Below, in pieces: positions 20,597 to 30,390 of a stretch of 64,000 bases of DNA (the first letter of the stretch is position 1; each line of letters begins with the position of its first letter). Below the pieces are notes generated by a model. The model ran no database searches. It saw nothing but the letters and a program-made list of their open reading frames with translations, and had not been told where the DNA came from. The stretch comes from Polyangiaceae bacterium (GTDB lineage Bacteria; Myxococcota_A; Polyangia; Polyangiales; Polyangiaceae). The translations under genes and the position numbers were made by a program. Where the stretch lies: the NCBI GenBank assembly GCA_965222375.1, contig CBDCTZ010000014.1, positions 32,001 through 96,000 of the forward strand, read 5' to 3'.

Positions 20597-21192
20597 CTTG
20601 CTGCCTTCGCTTTCTTACCTGCAATGCGATCAGCTAGTTGTCTGGCCAGATCACAGGCCATGCGCTGATCCGAAATCTCGATGCGCGCCACATTGGCCCG
20701 CCCGGTGGCGGCCAGGGAGACGAGGCCGTGTAGCGCCGCGTACAGCAGCCGCGCGTCGACCTCCGGGGTAGCGGAGCCTCGCGCATCCAGCGCCAGCACT
20801 AGGTTCTTCCACAAGCCGAGCCCCGGCATGTCCACATTCAAGGCGCCGCTTTCGCGCAGTGCTTGCCAGTCGTACTGTCGCTCGAACATCAAGTTGTACA
20901 GTTCTCGGTGTTCGAGACCGAAGCGCACGAAGGCTTCGGCCAGGTCTGCGATGCTGCCGCCCTTGGCTAGACAAGACGCTGAAACTCGGCTCAGCTGCGC
21001 GAACCCGGCTTGGGAAACCTGGTGCAGGAAGCCGTCCAGAGAACCGAAGTGGTGGTAGAGCGCTCCGGTTGTCTTTCCGAGTAGCTGTCCGATCCCTCGA
21101 GTGGTCAGAGCGCTGCTGGTCAGCTTGCCTCGCTCCAGGGCGAGCAAGGTCTTTTCTACAGCCTCTTCGGCGCTTGGAGACAGATTGGGCAT
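20593..21192 (-). CDS. TetR-family regulator (WHG-type C-terminus)
   Basis: TTGALYHHFGS HTH; YAALHGLVSL; stop overlaps oxidoreductase start. Confidence 0.85.
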   Translation of the reverse strand: MPNLSPSAEEAVEKTLLALERGKLTSSALTTRGIGQLLGKTTGALYHHFGSLDGFLHQVSQAGFAQLSRVSASCLAKGGSIADLAEAFVRFGLEHRELYNLMFERQYDWQALRESGALNVDMPGLGLWKNLVLALDARGSATPEVDARLLYAALHGLVSLAATGRANVARIEISDQRMACDLARQLADRIAGKKAKAAR

Positions 21193-21200
21193 AACGCTGC

Positions 21201-21233
21201 GACCCAAAACATAACGATGTTATGTTTTGGGTC
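21201..21233. promoter_or_regulatory. TetR operator-like inverted repeat overlapping a promoter
   Basis: gacccaaaacataac-gat-gttatgttttgggtc perfect 15-bp arms; minus strand TTGACC-16-TATGTT. Confidence 0.75.
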
Positions 21234-21332
21234 AAGTCCAGCAATTGCGGGAAAACGCTCGCTTGTCCCGGGACCGTCATTGCTCCCGGGATGGTGCGCG
21301 CTAAATTCCGCCGGGCTCTTCTGGAGGCATTG

Positions 21333-22418
21333 ATGTCATTGAAAAAGTGCGCCGCTGTCTTGGCCGTCGGCGCCGGGCTTTCGGCTGCGGCGTGTGGTGG
21401 TTCCTCTGAGGACGATGCGAATCTGCCGGCAACTGGCGGCGTAGCGGGGGCCTTCGGCGGGGCAGCTGGCTCCGCCACCGGCGGCAATGCTGGCCTGGCT
21501 GGAACGGGCGGCGCGTCTGGAGCGGGTGCAGTGGCTGGCGCCGGTGGTCTACCGGGCACAGGTGGCACACCCGGTCAGGATCTCCGGTTCATTGCCGTGG
21601 GCGATTGCGGCAAAGGCAATGAGGGCCAAAAGAAAGTCGCCGCGGCGATGCGCGATAAGTGCAGCAAAGACGGTTGCGATTTCATCCAGATGTTGGGCGA
21701 CAACATCTACAACAACGGCGTCTCGTCCCTGGACGATCCCCAGTGGCTGACCAAGTTCGAGCAGCCCTACGCCAATGTGACCTATCCCTTTTGGGTGGTG
21801 TTGGGCAACCACGACTACGGGGGACAAGGCGCAGGGTTCGAAGTTGCACGTGCCGACGTCCAGGTCGCGTATTCGCAGAAATCCAACAAATGGAAGCTGC
21901 CCGCCAAACACTACAAGCACCCTGAGCCGGGTGTAGATTTCATTGGCCTAGATACCAATGAGTCGATGTTCAACGCTCACGCCCAGCAAAAGACCAACGC
22001 GAGCAAGTGGATCTCCGAGTCGACCGCGGAGTGGAAGATTGCCCTGGGGCACCACCCCTACCGATCCAACGGTCCCCACGGCAACGCGGGCTCCTATGAC
22101 AATTTGCCCTTCGTGCCCATCGTCAACGGCGAGGGCGTCAAGGACCTGATAGACACGACCATCTGCGGCAAAGTCGACGTGTACCTCTCGGGCCACGACC
22201 ACAGCCTGCAGTGGCTGACGGACACCTGTCAGGGCACCGAGCTGATCGTGTCCGGGAGCGGCGCATCCCCGACGGACCTGCCGGGCAAGAACGCCTCCCA
22301 CTACCAGGGTGCTCACCTCGGATTCGTGTATGTCGTCATCAGCGGCAAGACCTTCACGGCCGAGTTCGTCGACGAAACCGGTGCGGTGAAGTACTCGCGC
22401 ACGATTACGAAGAACTAG
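21333..22418 (+). CDS. Metallophosphoesterase (purple acid phosphatase-like) lipoprotein
   Basis: GDCG, GDNIY, GNHDY, GHHP, SGHDH; GGAGG RBS. Confidence 0.92.
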   Translation: MSLKKCAAVLAVGAGLSAAACGGSSEDDANLPATGGVAGAFGGAAGSATGGNAGLAGTGGASGAGAVAGAGGLPGTGGTPGQDLRFIAVGDCGKGNEGQKKVAAAMRDKCSKDGCDFIQMLGDNIYNNGVSSLDDPQWLTKFEQPYANVTYPFWVVLGNHDYGGQGAGFEVARADVQVAYSQKSNKWKLPAKHYKHPEPGVDFIGLDTNESMFNAHAQQKTNASKWISESTAEWKIALGHHPYRSNGPHGNAGSYDNLPFVPIVNGEGVKDLIDTTICGKVDVYLSGHDHSLQWLTDTCQGTELIVSGSGASPTDLPGKNASHYQGAHLGFVYVVISGKTFTAEFVDETGAVKYSRTITKN

Positions 22419-22508
22419 CCGACTGTTGCCCCTTGTCGACACGCGAAGAGCTGTCGATGACGCACTGAGACGTCACATCCCCCCTCTTGACTGGTAGGGT
22501 TCGCTTCA

Positions 22509-25364
22509 TTGAAACGCCGGCTGCCCCTTCGCTTTCGTGTTCCCAATCCGCCGGCGGTATTCGTCGGGCGCGCGGAAGAAGGTGCGGCTCTGCAGCAGGC
22601 CCTGAGCCGGGGGCCGGTTGCGGTCCTGACTGGGCCGGGCGGGCTCGGGAAGACCGCGTTGGTTCTTCGGCACGTCCACAGCCAAGCCCCGGAGCAGCGG
22701 GAGCGCACCTTGTTCGTCGAAGTTGCCCCGGGCACAGCCGCTGTCTCGTTGCGTGTCACTCTACTCGAGGCGTTTCAGGCGGCCACCCAGTTGGAGTTGG
22801 ATTGGGAGGAGCTGAAGTCCGAACCCGAGGCCGCTCTGGCGGAGTTGATCGATCTCGCGGAAGACGGCCCATGGTGGGTCGTGTTGGACGACCTCCATCA
22901 CGCTGAAGCCAGCGAACAGCTTCTGGACGAGCTGGCCCGGTTCGCCCGCAGTAGTCGATGGCTTGCCACCAGCCGTAGCATCCATGCGCTTCCGGCCCTC
23001 GCTGGCCAGGTGATCGAGCTACGGGGCCTGTCCAGCGCAGAGCTCGATGACCTCTCCAACCAATGGGGCGCTGGGGTCGATGCCGCCAAACGGCGCCAGG
23101 CCATCGCTCGTTGCGCGGGTTCTCCCTGGTTGCTCCAACAGCTCCTATCTGGTGCGGCAGACGCGACCAGTCACGAGGGCTTCGTCGCTTCGCTCTCGGA
23201 CCGTGCCAAGTCCTTCGTGGAAGCGCTGAGCGTGCTCACTAGCTCCGTGGATCCGGCGGAGATCGCGGAGGTCGCGCCGACTCCCAGCGAAACCGAACTC
23301 AAAGAGCTCGAGCGTCGAGGCATTCTCGCCCGGGGCAACGACGGCGTGCGTGTTCACGATGTGGTTCGCTCCCTGTTCGCGAACAGCAATCCGTCTGCAG
23401 TCGCCATGTGGCGCCAGCGCATGGTGCGGGTGATAGAGAGCCGTGACTCGGTGGAGGCAGCGATCGAAGCGCTCAGGCTGCTGTCCGCCCTGGGGCAGGT
23501 CGACGAGTTGTGCCAGGCCCTGGATGCTCGGGGGCCCGAATTGGTGTCCTTGGGTTTGGCGCCGGCGGTTTGGTCCATCATTGCGGAGCTGGCGGATGAG
23601 CGCCTGGTTCGCTGGCAATTGCGGGTCGCTGCGGAACTCGGCAACCCGACGGCCCTAGCGAAAGTCAGCCAACCCAGCGCGGACAGTTTGGAGGACAAGC
23701 TGGTCTGGGCCCAAACCCTCCGCGCTCAGGGAGATCTCGTGGCCGCCTCGGAACTGTCCCGCGCGGTCTACGAAGAGGCGCTTGGGACCGGCAACTCGAG
23801 GGTCGCGGTGTTGGCGGGGCTGTTGCGGGCGCGCTGCCTGTCCCACGACGGCCATTGGGAGCGCGCCAGAGATGCCCTGGCCGCCATCGAACCGGAAAGC
23901 GACGAGCAGCGCGCTCGGCTCGACTTGGGACTTTGCACGGTGAGCGTGGCGCAGGGCAAGCCGCCCGCGTCGGAGGTCTTGGCGCCTCTGGAACAACGAG
24001 CTGCCGCAGGCTTTTCCCTCGAAGAAGCTAGCGAACTGGCCGACGTGTTGTTGCGGGTTGGGCAGCGGGATGCCGCTCAGCGCGTGCTGGGTCGTCTGGA
24101 GGCCTCCGCCCGCGGCTCCCATGCCGCGATTTGGGGCGCAAGGCTCGGTTTGATCAACAAGGCGCGGCTCGAGTTGGAGGCTGGGCATTTGGAACTGGCC
24201 AGCGCCATCGTGGAAGAGACGCGACCCTTCGCGCGTAGCCCGTCCATCCTCGGGCCCGAGCTGATGCTAATCGAGGGGGAGTTGGCGTTGGCGCGCGGGC
24301 GAACCAACCAGGTTCAAGCACTGAGTACGCTTTCACCGGAGCAGCGACGCTGCGCCAGCCTAGCCACGGCGTTAGAGCTCGCGGCCCTGGTGGTTCGCGC
24401 TGACATGTTGGCGGCACATTGGCGCGCGCCGGAACTGGACCCTCGCGCCGCAGCGGCGCCCGATGCCGAGGCGCTTCGCGAATTGTCAGCTTGGCAAGAT
24501 CTGGCGCGTGCTCGTAGCGGCGAGAGCTCCGCGACGGCTGCGGATGCGAGCAGCATGGGTAGGCGGGGGCACGTGTCGCAGCTTGCCCACGCGGTTCGAC
24601 TGGGCCTGTCCGGAAGTCACGTGGACTCGGTTTCCCGCGCCAAGAGCGTATTGCGGGAAGCCTTGCGCAGCGGGAGCTTTCTATTTGCGGCGGAGGCGCG
24701 CTGCATCGTCATCGACCTGCTCATGATCGCTGATCGCTTCTCCGAGGCCGCAGCCGAGGCCGAGGACCTGGCGTCGGCTGGGCAGACCATGGGCTCGCCC
24801 CGATACGCTCACGAGGGGCACTTCGCTCAGTTGGTGGCGTCGGAAGAAAGTACCGAACCCGCGGAGCTGGTGGCTCTTGCTCGTAGCCAAGCGGTTGCTC
24901 CGGTTTGCGCGCGTCGTGCTTGGTCCCTTCTCGCCGGCACTCCCCCCCTCGATGCGCTCGACGACGCCGTGCTGGGAGTGCTGGTTGCTAGTGGTCGCGC
25001 CCGACCCACCCGACAGCTCAGTGCCGGTCAATCGCCCAGTGCTTACGCTGACAGCTGGGGGCTCGACCCCCTATCCAAGCGCGTTTGGTTCGATGACGAG
25101 CACATCGTGGAGCTGGGCGATACGCCGCTGCTCTGGCGCGTCTTGGAAGTGCTTGCGGAGCGCCCGGAGGGTGCAAGCAAGGAGGAGCTTATCGTCCGCG
25201 CCTGGCGTGAGGCGAGCTACCACCCGTTGAAACACGACAGCCGGCTGCACGTTGCCATCAGAAAGCTGCGGGGTTTGTTGTCAGATTCGGCCAGCGAACC
25301 CAGCTTTCTCTTGACCACTGACGAGGGGTACAAGCTCGGCGGCCGCGTCGTGTCCACGGGCTGA
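22509..25364 (+). CDS. STAND/AAA-type ATPase with C-terminal winged-helix DNA-binding domain
   Basis: FVGR, GPGGLGKT Walker A, VLDDLH Walker B, GSPW, VHDVVR, C-terminal LHVAIRKLR...TTDEGYKL. Confidence 0.85.
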   Translation: MKRRLPLRFRVPNPPAVFVGRAEEGAALQQALSRGPVAVLTGPGGLGKTALVLRHVHSQAPEQRERTLFVEVAPGTAAVSLRVTLLEAFQAATQLELDWEELKSEPEAALAELIDLAEDGPWWVVLDDLHHAEASEQLLDELARFARSSRWLATSRSIHALPALAGQVIELRGLSSAELDDLSNQWGAGVDAAKRRQAIARCAGSPWLLQQLLSGAADATSHEGFVASLSDRAKSFVEALSVLTSSVDPAEIAEVAPTPSETELKELERRGILARGNDGVRVHDVVRSLFANSNPSAVAMWRQRMVRVIESRDSVEAAIEALRLLSALGQVDELCQALDARGPELVSLGLAPAVWSIIAELADERLVRWQLRVAAELGNPTALAKVSQPSADSLEDKLVWAQTLRAQGDLVAASELSRAVYEEALGTGNSRVAVLAGLLRARCLSHDGHWERARDALAAIEPESDEQRARLDLGLCTVSVAQGKPPASEVLAPLEQRAAAGFSLEEASELADVLLRVGQRDAAQRVLGRLEASARGSHAAIWGARLGLINKARLELEAGHLELASAIVEETRPFARSPSILGPELMLIEGELALARGRTNQVQALSTLSPEQRRCASLATALELAALVVRADMLAAHWRAPELDPRAAAAPDAEALRELSAWQDLARARSGESSATAADASSMGRRGHVSQLAHAVRLGLSGSHVDSVSRAKSVLREALRSGSFLFAAEARCIVIDLLMIADRFSEAAAEAEDLASAGQTMGSPRYAHEGHFAQLVASEESTEPAELVALARSQAVAPVCARRAWSLLAGTPPLDALDDAVLGVLVASGRARPTRQLSAGQSPSAYADSWGLDPLSKRVWFDDEHIVELGDTPLLWRVLEVLAERPEGASKEELIVRAWREASYHPLKHDSRLHVAIRKLRGLLSDSASEPSFLLTTDEGYKLGGRVVSTG

Positions 25365-25366
25365 GC

Positions 25367-26899
25367 TCAGCGCCAGCGTTCGAAGGCCGGCTTTTCGGCG
25401 GAAGGTCGGGGCGCTGCCCGCGCGGGCTTGGCCCGCGGCGAAGGTTCGGGCGAAAGGGTGAGCTTGATTCGTTGATCTCTGTCGCGCCCGACTCGCTCAC
25501 GAGTGGATTTGAAACCGGGTTTGGACAGCTCTACGACCGCGGGGCTATCCGAGCGCGGTAGGGTGAGTTCCAGGGGCGTCTGGCCCTTTTCCACGCCGTC
25601 GATGTGCACGGTCGCGCCACCGGGCTTCGAGCCGATGTGCAAGGAGACGTCCTTCGCTGGGGCTTTCGCGACTGAGGCCGGCGGTGGTGCTGGCGCCGAT
25701 TCAGCTTGAACCGCTGGCGCAGCAGCGGCCTTGGGCGACTCGCCTCTACCCATCGAGGAGCCCAAATAGCCGATGCCTCCGGCCAGGGCAGCAGCGGTCG
25801 CGATCCAGTAGATGGTGCGCGAGCGCTTTGGTTCGGTGCGGACCAGGGGCACGCTGGCGCCTTCTACCGTGGGGATCTCGACGCCGCTGTCAGCTTCCGC
25901 GGCGGGCACATCGGTAATTCGAGCTCCTTCGCTGACGCGATGGAGCATCGCTTTCTTGGCCGCAATGCGGTCTTTGAACAGCTCGTCCATGTAGCGAGTG
26001 AGTGCCTGTTCTGGTGCTGCTGGGGCGTCCGGCGCGCCGCGCAATGCCGCGAGCAGACCTTCGCGCATGGCGGCCGCCGTGTCGAAGCGCTGCGCTGGGT
26101 CCCGGTTCAGGGCTCGCATGCACACGGCTTCGAGTTCCGGACTGATCGCCCTGTCCAAGGTTGCCGGCGGCGTGATCTCCAAGCTCCAGAGTGCCTTCAG
26201 GGTTGCGGGCTGGTTTGCTCGCTTGAATAGTCGCTTCGCCGTCAGGAGCTCGTAGAGCACGACGCCCAATGCGAAGATGTCGCTGCGCCGGTCGATACTG
26301 TCGCCGCGGCTCTGCTCCGGCGACATATAGGCAAACTTGCCCTTGACCACACCCGCCTCGGTTTGGACGATTCGGTTTTCCGCTTTTGCAATGCCGAAGT
26401 CGATGACTTTGACGCTTCCGTCGTAGCCCACGAGAATGTTTTGGGGAGAGATATCCCGGTGGATCAACGCGAGCACCTCGCCCCCGGGACCGCGAAGTTC
26501 GTGAGCGGCGTGAATCCCCGCGCAGGCTTCGGCAACGATGAAGGCGGCCAGGGCCGGAGGGAGGCGCTTCTTGCGCACCATGGAGCGGCGCTGAATCCCC
26601 GCGCAGCTCTCTCCGGCGACATACTCCATGACGAGATAGAGCTCTTCGCCCTCTTGGCCCAGTTCGTGTACGTGCACGACGTTGGGGTGGTGGATGCGCG
26701 CCACGATCCTCGCTTCGTCCAGAAACATCTCTTGGAACTCGGCGGACAGAGCCAAGTGCGGATGAATGCGTTTGATGACGACAGCGCGTTCGAACCCGCT
26801 CGGGCCCGTGAGGCGCCCCAACATGATCTCCGCCATGCCACCTGCCGCGAGGCGCGCCGTGACGTCGAATCGACCAATTCGCTCGGGAAGAACTGACAT
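25367..26899 (-). CDS. Ser/Thr kinase with TM and PEGA domain
   Basis: GGMAEI, HRDISPQN, DFG, GKFAYMSPEQ; SKPGGATVHIDG...GQTP. Confidence 0.95.
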   Translation of the reverse strand: MSVLPERIGRFDVTARLAAGGMAEIMLGRLTGPSGFERAVVIKRIHPHLALSAEFQEMFLDEARIVARIHHPNVVHVHELGQEGEELYLVMEYVAGESCAGIQRRSMVRKKRLPPALAAFIVAEACAGIHAAHELRGPGGEVLALIHRDISPQNILVGYDGSVKVIDFGIAKAENRIVQTEAGVVKGKFAYMSPEQSRGDSIDRRSDIFALGVVLYELLTAKRLFKRANQPATLKALWSLEITPPATLDRAISPELEAVCMRALNRDPAQRFDTAAAMREGLLAALRGAPDAPAAPEQALTRYMDELFKDRIAAKKAMLHRVSEGARITDVPAAEADSGVEIPTVEGASVPLVRTEPKRSRTIYWIATAAALAGGIGYLGSSMGRGESPKAAAAPAVQAESAPAPPPASVAKAPAKDVSLHIGSKPGGATVHIDGVEKGQTPLELTLPRSDSPAVVELSKPGFKSTRERVGRDRDQRIKLTLSPEPSPRAKPARAAPRPSAEKPAFERWR

Positions 26900-26941
26900 G
26901 GCTAGGGAGACAAAGCCGCCCTGGGATTATAGAGTGCGCAG

Positions 26942-27715
26942 GTGCCCTTGACGCGAGATCGCGAAATTTCGGTGTTTTTCCTGGTGTGTGTCGTTGGGTT
27001 GAGCGTTGCAACGCCCGCGGCCGCCGCGGAAAGGTCACCGTCCGAGGCGGAGCGCCAGCGCGCCGTCGAGCTGGTTCAGAAGAGTCGCAAACACTACAAA
27101 GCTGGCGAGTTCTCTGCGGCAGCAGAGTTGCTGCAGCAGGCCTACGCCACCTATCCGGAGCCCGTGCTGCAGTTCAATCTGGCAAAGGCCTTCGAGGGCA
27201 TGGGTAGATTCGAAAAGGCTGTTGCCGCCTACGAAATCTACCTCGCCACGGCGCTGGATGTGGAAGATCGCCCGGCGATTGAAGCGCGGGTCGCGACCTT
27301 GAAACGCGAAATCGAGCAGCGTGCGGCCTTGCGACGCCAGCGGGACGCCGAGCGCCAGCGTGCGGACAAGGCCAAAGGCAAAACGCGAGTCGTCGTCAAA
27401 GAGGTTCGCGAGCCAGCGTCGCCCTGGCCGTGGATCACGACTGGTGTGGGGCTCGCTGCTGCGGCTACGGGCGTGACGCTCTGGGCGGTTGGCAAGAACC
27501 AACACGATTCTGCCCAAGATGCGTCGGCGAAAGACGCCGCGGACAGAGTCGACACCGCGCAGTCCCTGGCAACCTGGGGCAACGTCTTGGTGGTTTCGGG
27601 TTCAGTCGTGACCGCTGCCGGGCTGACCTGGGTCTTGCTCAGCGACGGTGGCGGCGAACGCCAGGCAGGCATCACGTTGCACCCCGCGGGCGCCGTAGCT
27701 TGGGGAGCGTTCTAA
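26942..27715 (+). CDS. TPR-containing secreted/membrane protein
   Basis: Signal peptide, YPEPVLQFNLAKA TPR, hydrophobic helices, C-terminal WGAF; exact start uncertain. Confidence 0.8.
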   Translation: MPLTRDREISVFFLVCVVGLSVATPAAAAERSPSEAERQRAVELVQKSRKHYKAGEFSAAAELLQQAYATYPEPVLQFNLAKAFEGMGRFEKAVAAYEIYLATALDVEDRPAIEARVATLKREIEQRAALRRQRDAERQRADKAKGKTRVVVKEVREPASPWPWITTGVGLAAAATGVTLWAVGKNQHDSAQDASAKDAADRVDTAQSLATWGNVLVVSGSVVTAAGLTWVLLSDGGGERQAGITLHPAGAVAWGAF

Positions 27716-27728
27716 CTGCGCTCGCGCG

Positions 27729-28754
27729 TCAGAACGTGCCGCGCACGCCCGCGGAGCCCAGGCCAACCCAGGGCTGGACCGCTGGGACCTTTGCGCTGCT
27801 CTGGTTCAGGTCGAGCAGGAGCAGAGTCGCGCCGGCGGCCACGCCAACTCCACCAACGATGAATCCGACCGTCGAAAGGGTCCTCGCACTCTTGGCGTCG
27901 TCCTCCACGCTCCTGATCTCTGCCTGTTGCCCCGATGTGCACCCGGGATCGCAGGAATCGAACAGCGAATCCGCGTCGGAGTCAGAGCCGTTCGCGCTGA
28001 CCATAAACCCTATTCCGACTCCAAGCCCCACGGCCCCCACGCCGAAAGAGATATAGCTTCCCAGGCGCATAGTGCTCATTCCGCCGGGCTTGAGGTCGTC
28101 GCTGCTCACGCTGCCGCTGCCGTCAGCCTTCACCGGTTCTACCGGCGCTTCTTCCGTAGGCACCAGCTTCAACACCACTTGTTGCTGCCCGCCTTCCTCC
28201 AGCGTTACTTCGACTGGGGCGCTGCGCAGGCCGTCGGCCTCTGCAACGAGGGTGTGGGCGCCGGGATCAGCCGGGTAGGGCACGCCTACGAGTGCCGAAG
28301 GCACTGCCTGCCCATCCATGGCAACGCGGACGGCTTTGGTTCCGCCTCCCTCCACCACGATGGTGATGCGGGCCAGCCGCGCTTCCACGGCCGGCAGTTC
28401 GGCGATGGCAGCTTCCTGAGCCGCTTTGATCGGCGGCGGCGCGGTGTCAGCGAGGTTTTCGCGCTTCGCCTTCAAATACGCCTCCCGGGCTTTCACGAGT
28501 TTGCCCAGCTTGGCGTAGGAGCGGCCGATGTAGACGAGGTGAGGGAGGGCGTGCACCAGGCTTTCCGCACGGATGAAGAAGTCCGCGGCCTCGGCATATC
28601 GCCCCTCTTCGAAGGCCCGTTGCCCCTCGGCGGCAGCGGCCCGCGCACCGGCGCGCTCTTCGTCCGTCGCCGAAAACGCGCTGCCCGCGCTTGCCAATAT
28701 CAACACCAGAACGGCCCCAGAGCGGGCCCATCGCCTAGCCTTCATGGGGCGCAT
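27729..28754 (-). CDS. TPR + PEGA-like protein
   Basis: Same architecture as 15001-16059; ADPGAHTL; C-terminal RGTF. Confidence 0.85.
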   Translation of the reverse strand: MRPMKARRWARSGAVLVLILASAGSAFSATDEERAGARAAAAEGQRAFEEGRYAEAADFFIRAESLVHALPHLVYIGRSYAKLGKLVKAREAYLKAKRENLADTAPPPIKAAQEAAIAELPAVEARLARITIVVEGGGTKAVRVAMDGQAVPSALVGVPYPADPGAHTLVAEADGLRSAPVEVTLEEGGQQQVVLKLVPTEEAPVEPVKADGSGSVSSDDLKPGGMSTMRLGSYISFGVGAVGLGVGIGFMVSANGSDSDADSLFDSCDPGCTSGQQAEIRSVEDDAKSARTLSTVGFIVGGVGVAAGATLLLLDLNQSSAKVPAVQPWVGLGSAGVRGTF

Positions 28755-28869
28755 CCTAAAGAAAACCTGGAGTTTTTGCCACGTCTCGGCCCGCTTAGAA
28801 GACCTTTAGGAGGCCATCAGGAGACCATTAGGAGACTTGGGCGGCCCCGAGAGCTAGAATCCAGGATCC

Positions 28870-30279
28870 ATGCTGAACCCCGGGGACATCGTTGACGGCA
28901 AGTATCGGGTCGTCCGGCTGATCGGAGAGGGTGGCATGGGCGCGGTGTTCGAGGGCGAGAACACGGCCATTTCCCGACGGGTGGCCATCAAGGTGCTGCA
29001 CGCTCACGCTGCCCTTCAAGAAGACACGGTCATGCGCTTCAAGCGCGAGGCGCGTGCCGCGGGCAAGATCGGCAACGACCACATCCTGGAGATTTTGGAC
29101 CTGGGTGAGCTGCCCGAGGGCGCTCACTACATGGTGATGGAGTTCCTCGATGGTGAGGCGCTGTCGGCACGAATCGAGCGTGGCCCTTTGCCGCCAGCGG
29201 AGATGGTGGAGATCGCTTCGCAACTCCTCGAAGGCCTGGCTGCAGCGCACCAGGCCGGGATCATCCATCGGGACCTCAAGCCGGACAACATCTTCATCTT
29301 GAAGGAGAAGGCGGGGCGAACCGACTTCGTCAAGATCATCGACTTCGGTATCTCGAAGTTCCACCACGGCGTGGAGGACGGCGAGATGCACATGACCCAG
29401 ACGGGCACGCTCATGGGCACGCCTTTCTACATGTCCCCGGAGCAGGCCAAGGGCAGCATGGAGCTCGATCACCGCGTCGACATCTACGCGGTGGGCGTGA
29501 TCCTGTACGAATGTCTGAGCGGCCGTGTGCCTTACGACGCCAACAACTTCAACGAGCTCATCCTCAAGTTGGCGTTTCAACCAGCGCCGCCGATCACCAA
29601 CTTCGTCCCGGATATCGACCCGAAGCTGGCGGAGATCGTGCACAAGGCGTTGGCTCACAACCGAGACGAACGATACAACTCCTGCGAAGCACTCCAGGCA
29701 GATCTCAAGGGCTGGGTGGAGGGCGCGGACCCGAAATCGTTGCGGTTTGCCTTGGCGGAAGGAGTTCACAATGCTCCGCCTGGCGTGGCTGCGCAACCGG
29801 CTGGGACTCAAAGCAACTGGAGCCAGAGCCAGTCCGGCGTCACTCCACCTCCGATGCGCAGCCCCGTCGTTCCGCTGGCCATCGCCGCGGTCGTGGCCTT
29901 CTTCGTGCTCAGCATTGGTGCATTTGGCGTGTACAAGCTGGCCTTCTCCAAGTCCGATGCGGACATTGCCGCCACCGAGTCCTTGGAGACAGAGGGTTCT
30001 GCTTCGCCAGCTTCGGAGCCCGAGCTCGTCGCCTCGGCTCCGAAGGCGGAACCGCCCGAGCCGGAAGCTTCGGCCGCACCGAGCACGTCGGCGCCCGCTG
30101 CCAAGAGCGATCCGCCCAAGGAAAAACCCGAAGCCGACAAGCCGACGGCAATCGCGGCCAAGCCAGCCCCGAAGCCTGCGCCGAAGCCCATCAAGACCGT
30201 CGCACCCAAGCCCAAGCCCAAACCGGCACCCAAGCCCGCGCCTAAGCCCGGCATGGGCAAAGCTGGCGACTGGTACTAG
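28870..30279 (+). CDS. Membrane Ser/Thr protein kinase
   Basis: GEGGMGAV, HRDLKPDN, DFG, GTPFYMSPEQ, TM, PAPK repeats. Confidence 0.95.
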   Translation: MLNPGDIVDGKYRVVRLIGEGGMGAVFEGENTAISRRVAIKVLHAHAALQEDTVMRFKREARAAGKIGNDHILEILDLGELPEGAHYMVMEFLDGEALSARIERGPLPPAEMVEIASQLLEGLAAAHQAGIIHRDLKPDNIFILKEKAGRTDFVKIIDFGISKFHHGVEDGEMHMTQTGTLMGTPFYMSPEQAKGSMELDHRVDIYAVGVILYECLSGRVPYDANNFNELILKLAFQPAPPITNFVPDIDPKLAEIVHKALAHNRDERYNSCEALQADLKGWVEGADPKSLRFALAEGVHNAPPGVAAQPAGTQSNWSQSQSGVTPPPMRSPVVPLAIAAVVAFFVLSIGAFGVYKLAFSKSDADIAATESLETEGSASPASEPELVASAPKAEPPEPEASAAPSTSAPAAKSDPPKEKPEADKPTAIAAKPAPKPAPKPIKTVAPKPKPKPAPKPAPKPGMGKAGDWY

Positions 30280-30390
30280 CCCCCCATTTGGCGGCGTGGC
30301 TGCAGTTCTAGGCGTGACGTCGATCGCCAGCTCAGCGGAGATCAGCGGCCGAGCCTGGGATGGAGCGACCCGCCATTGCATACTTGGCGT

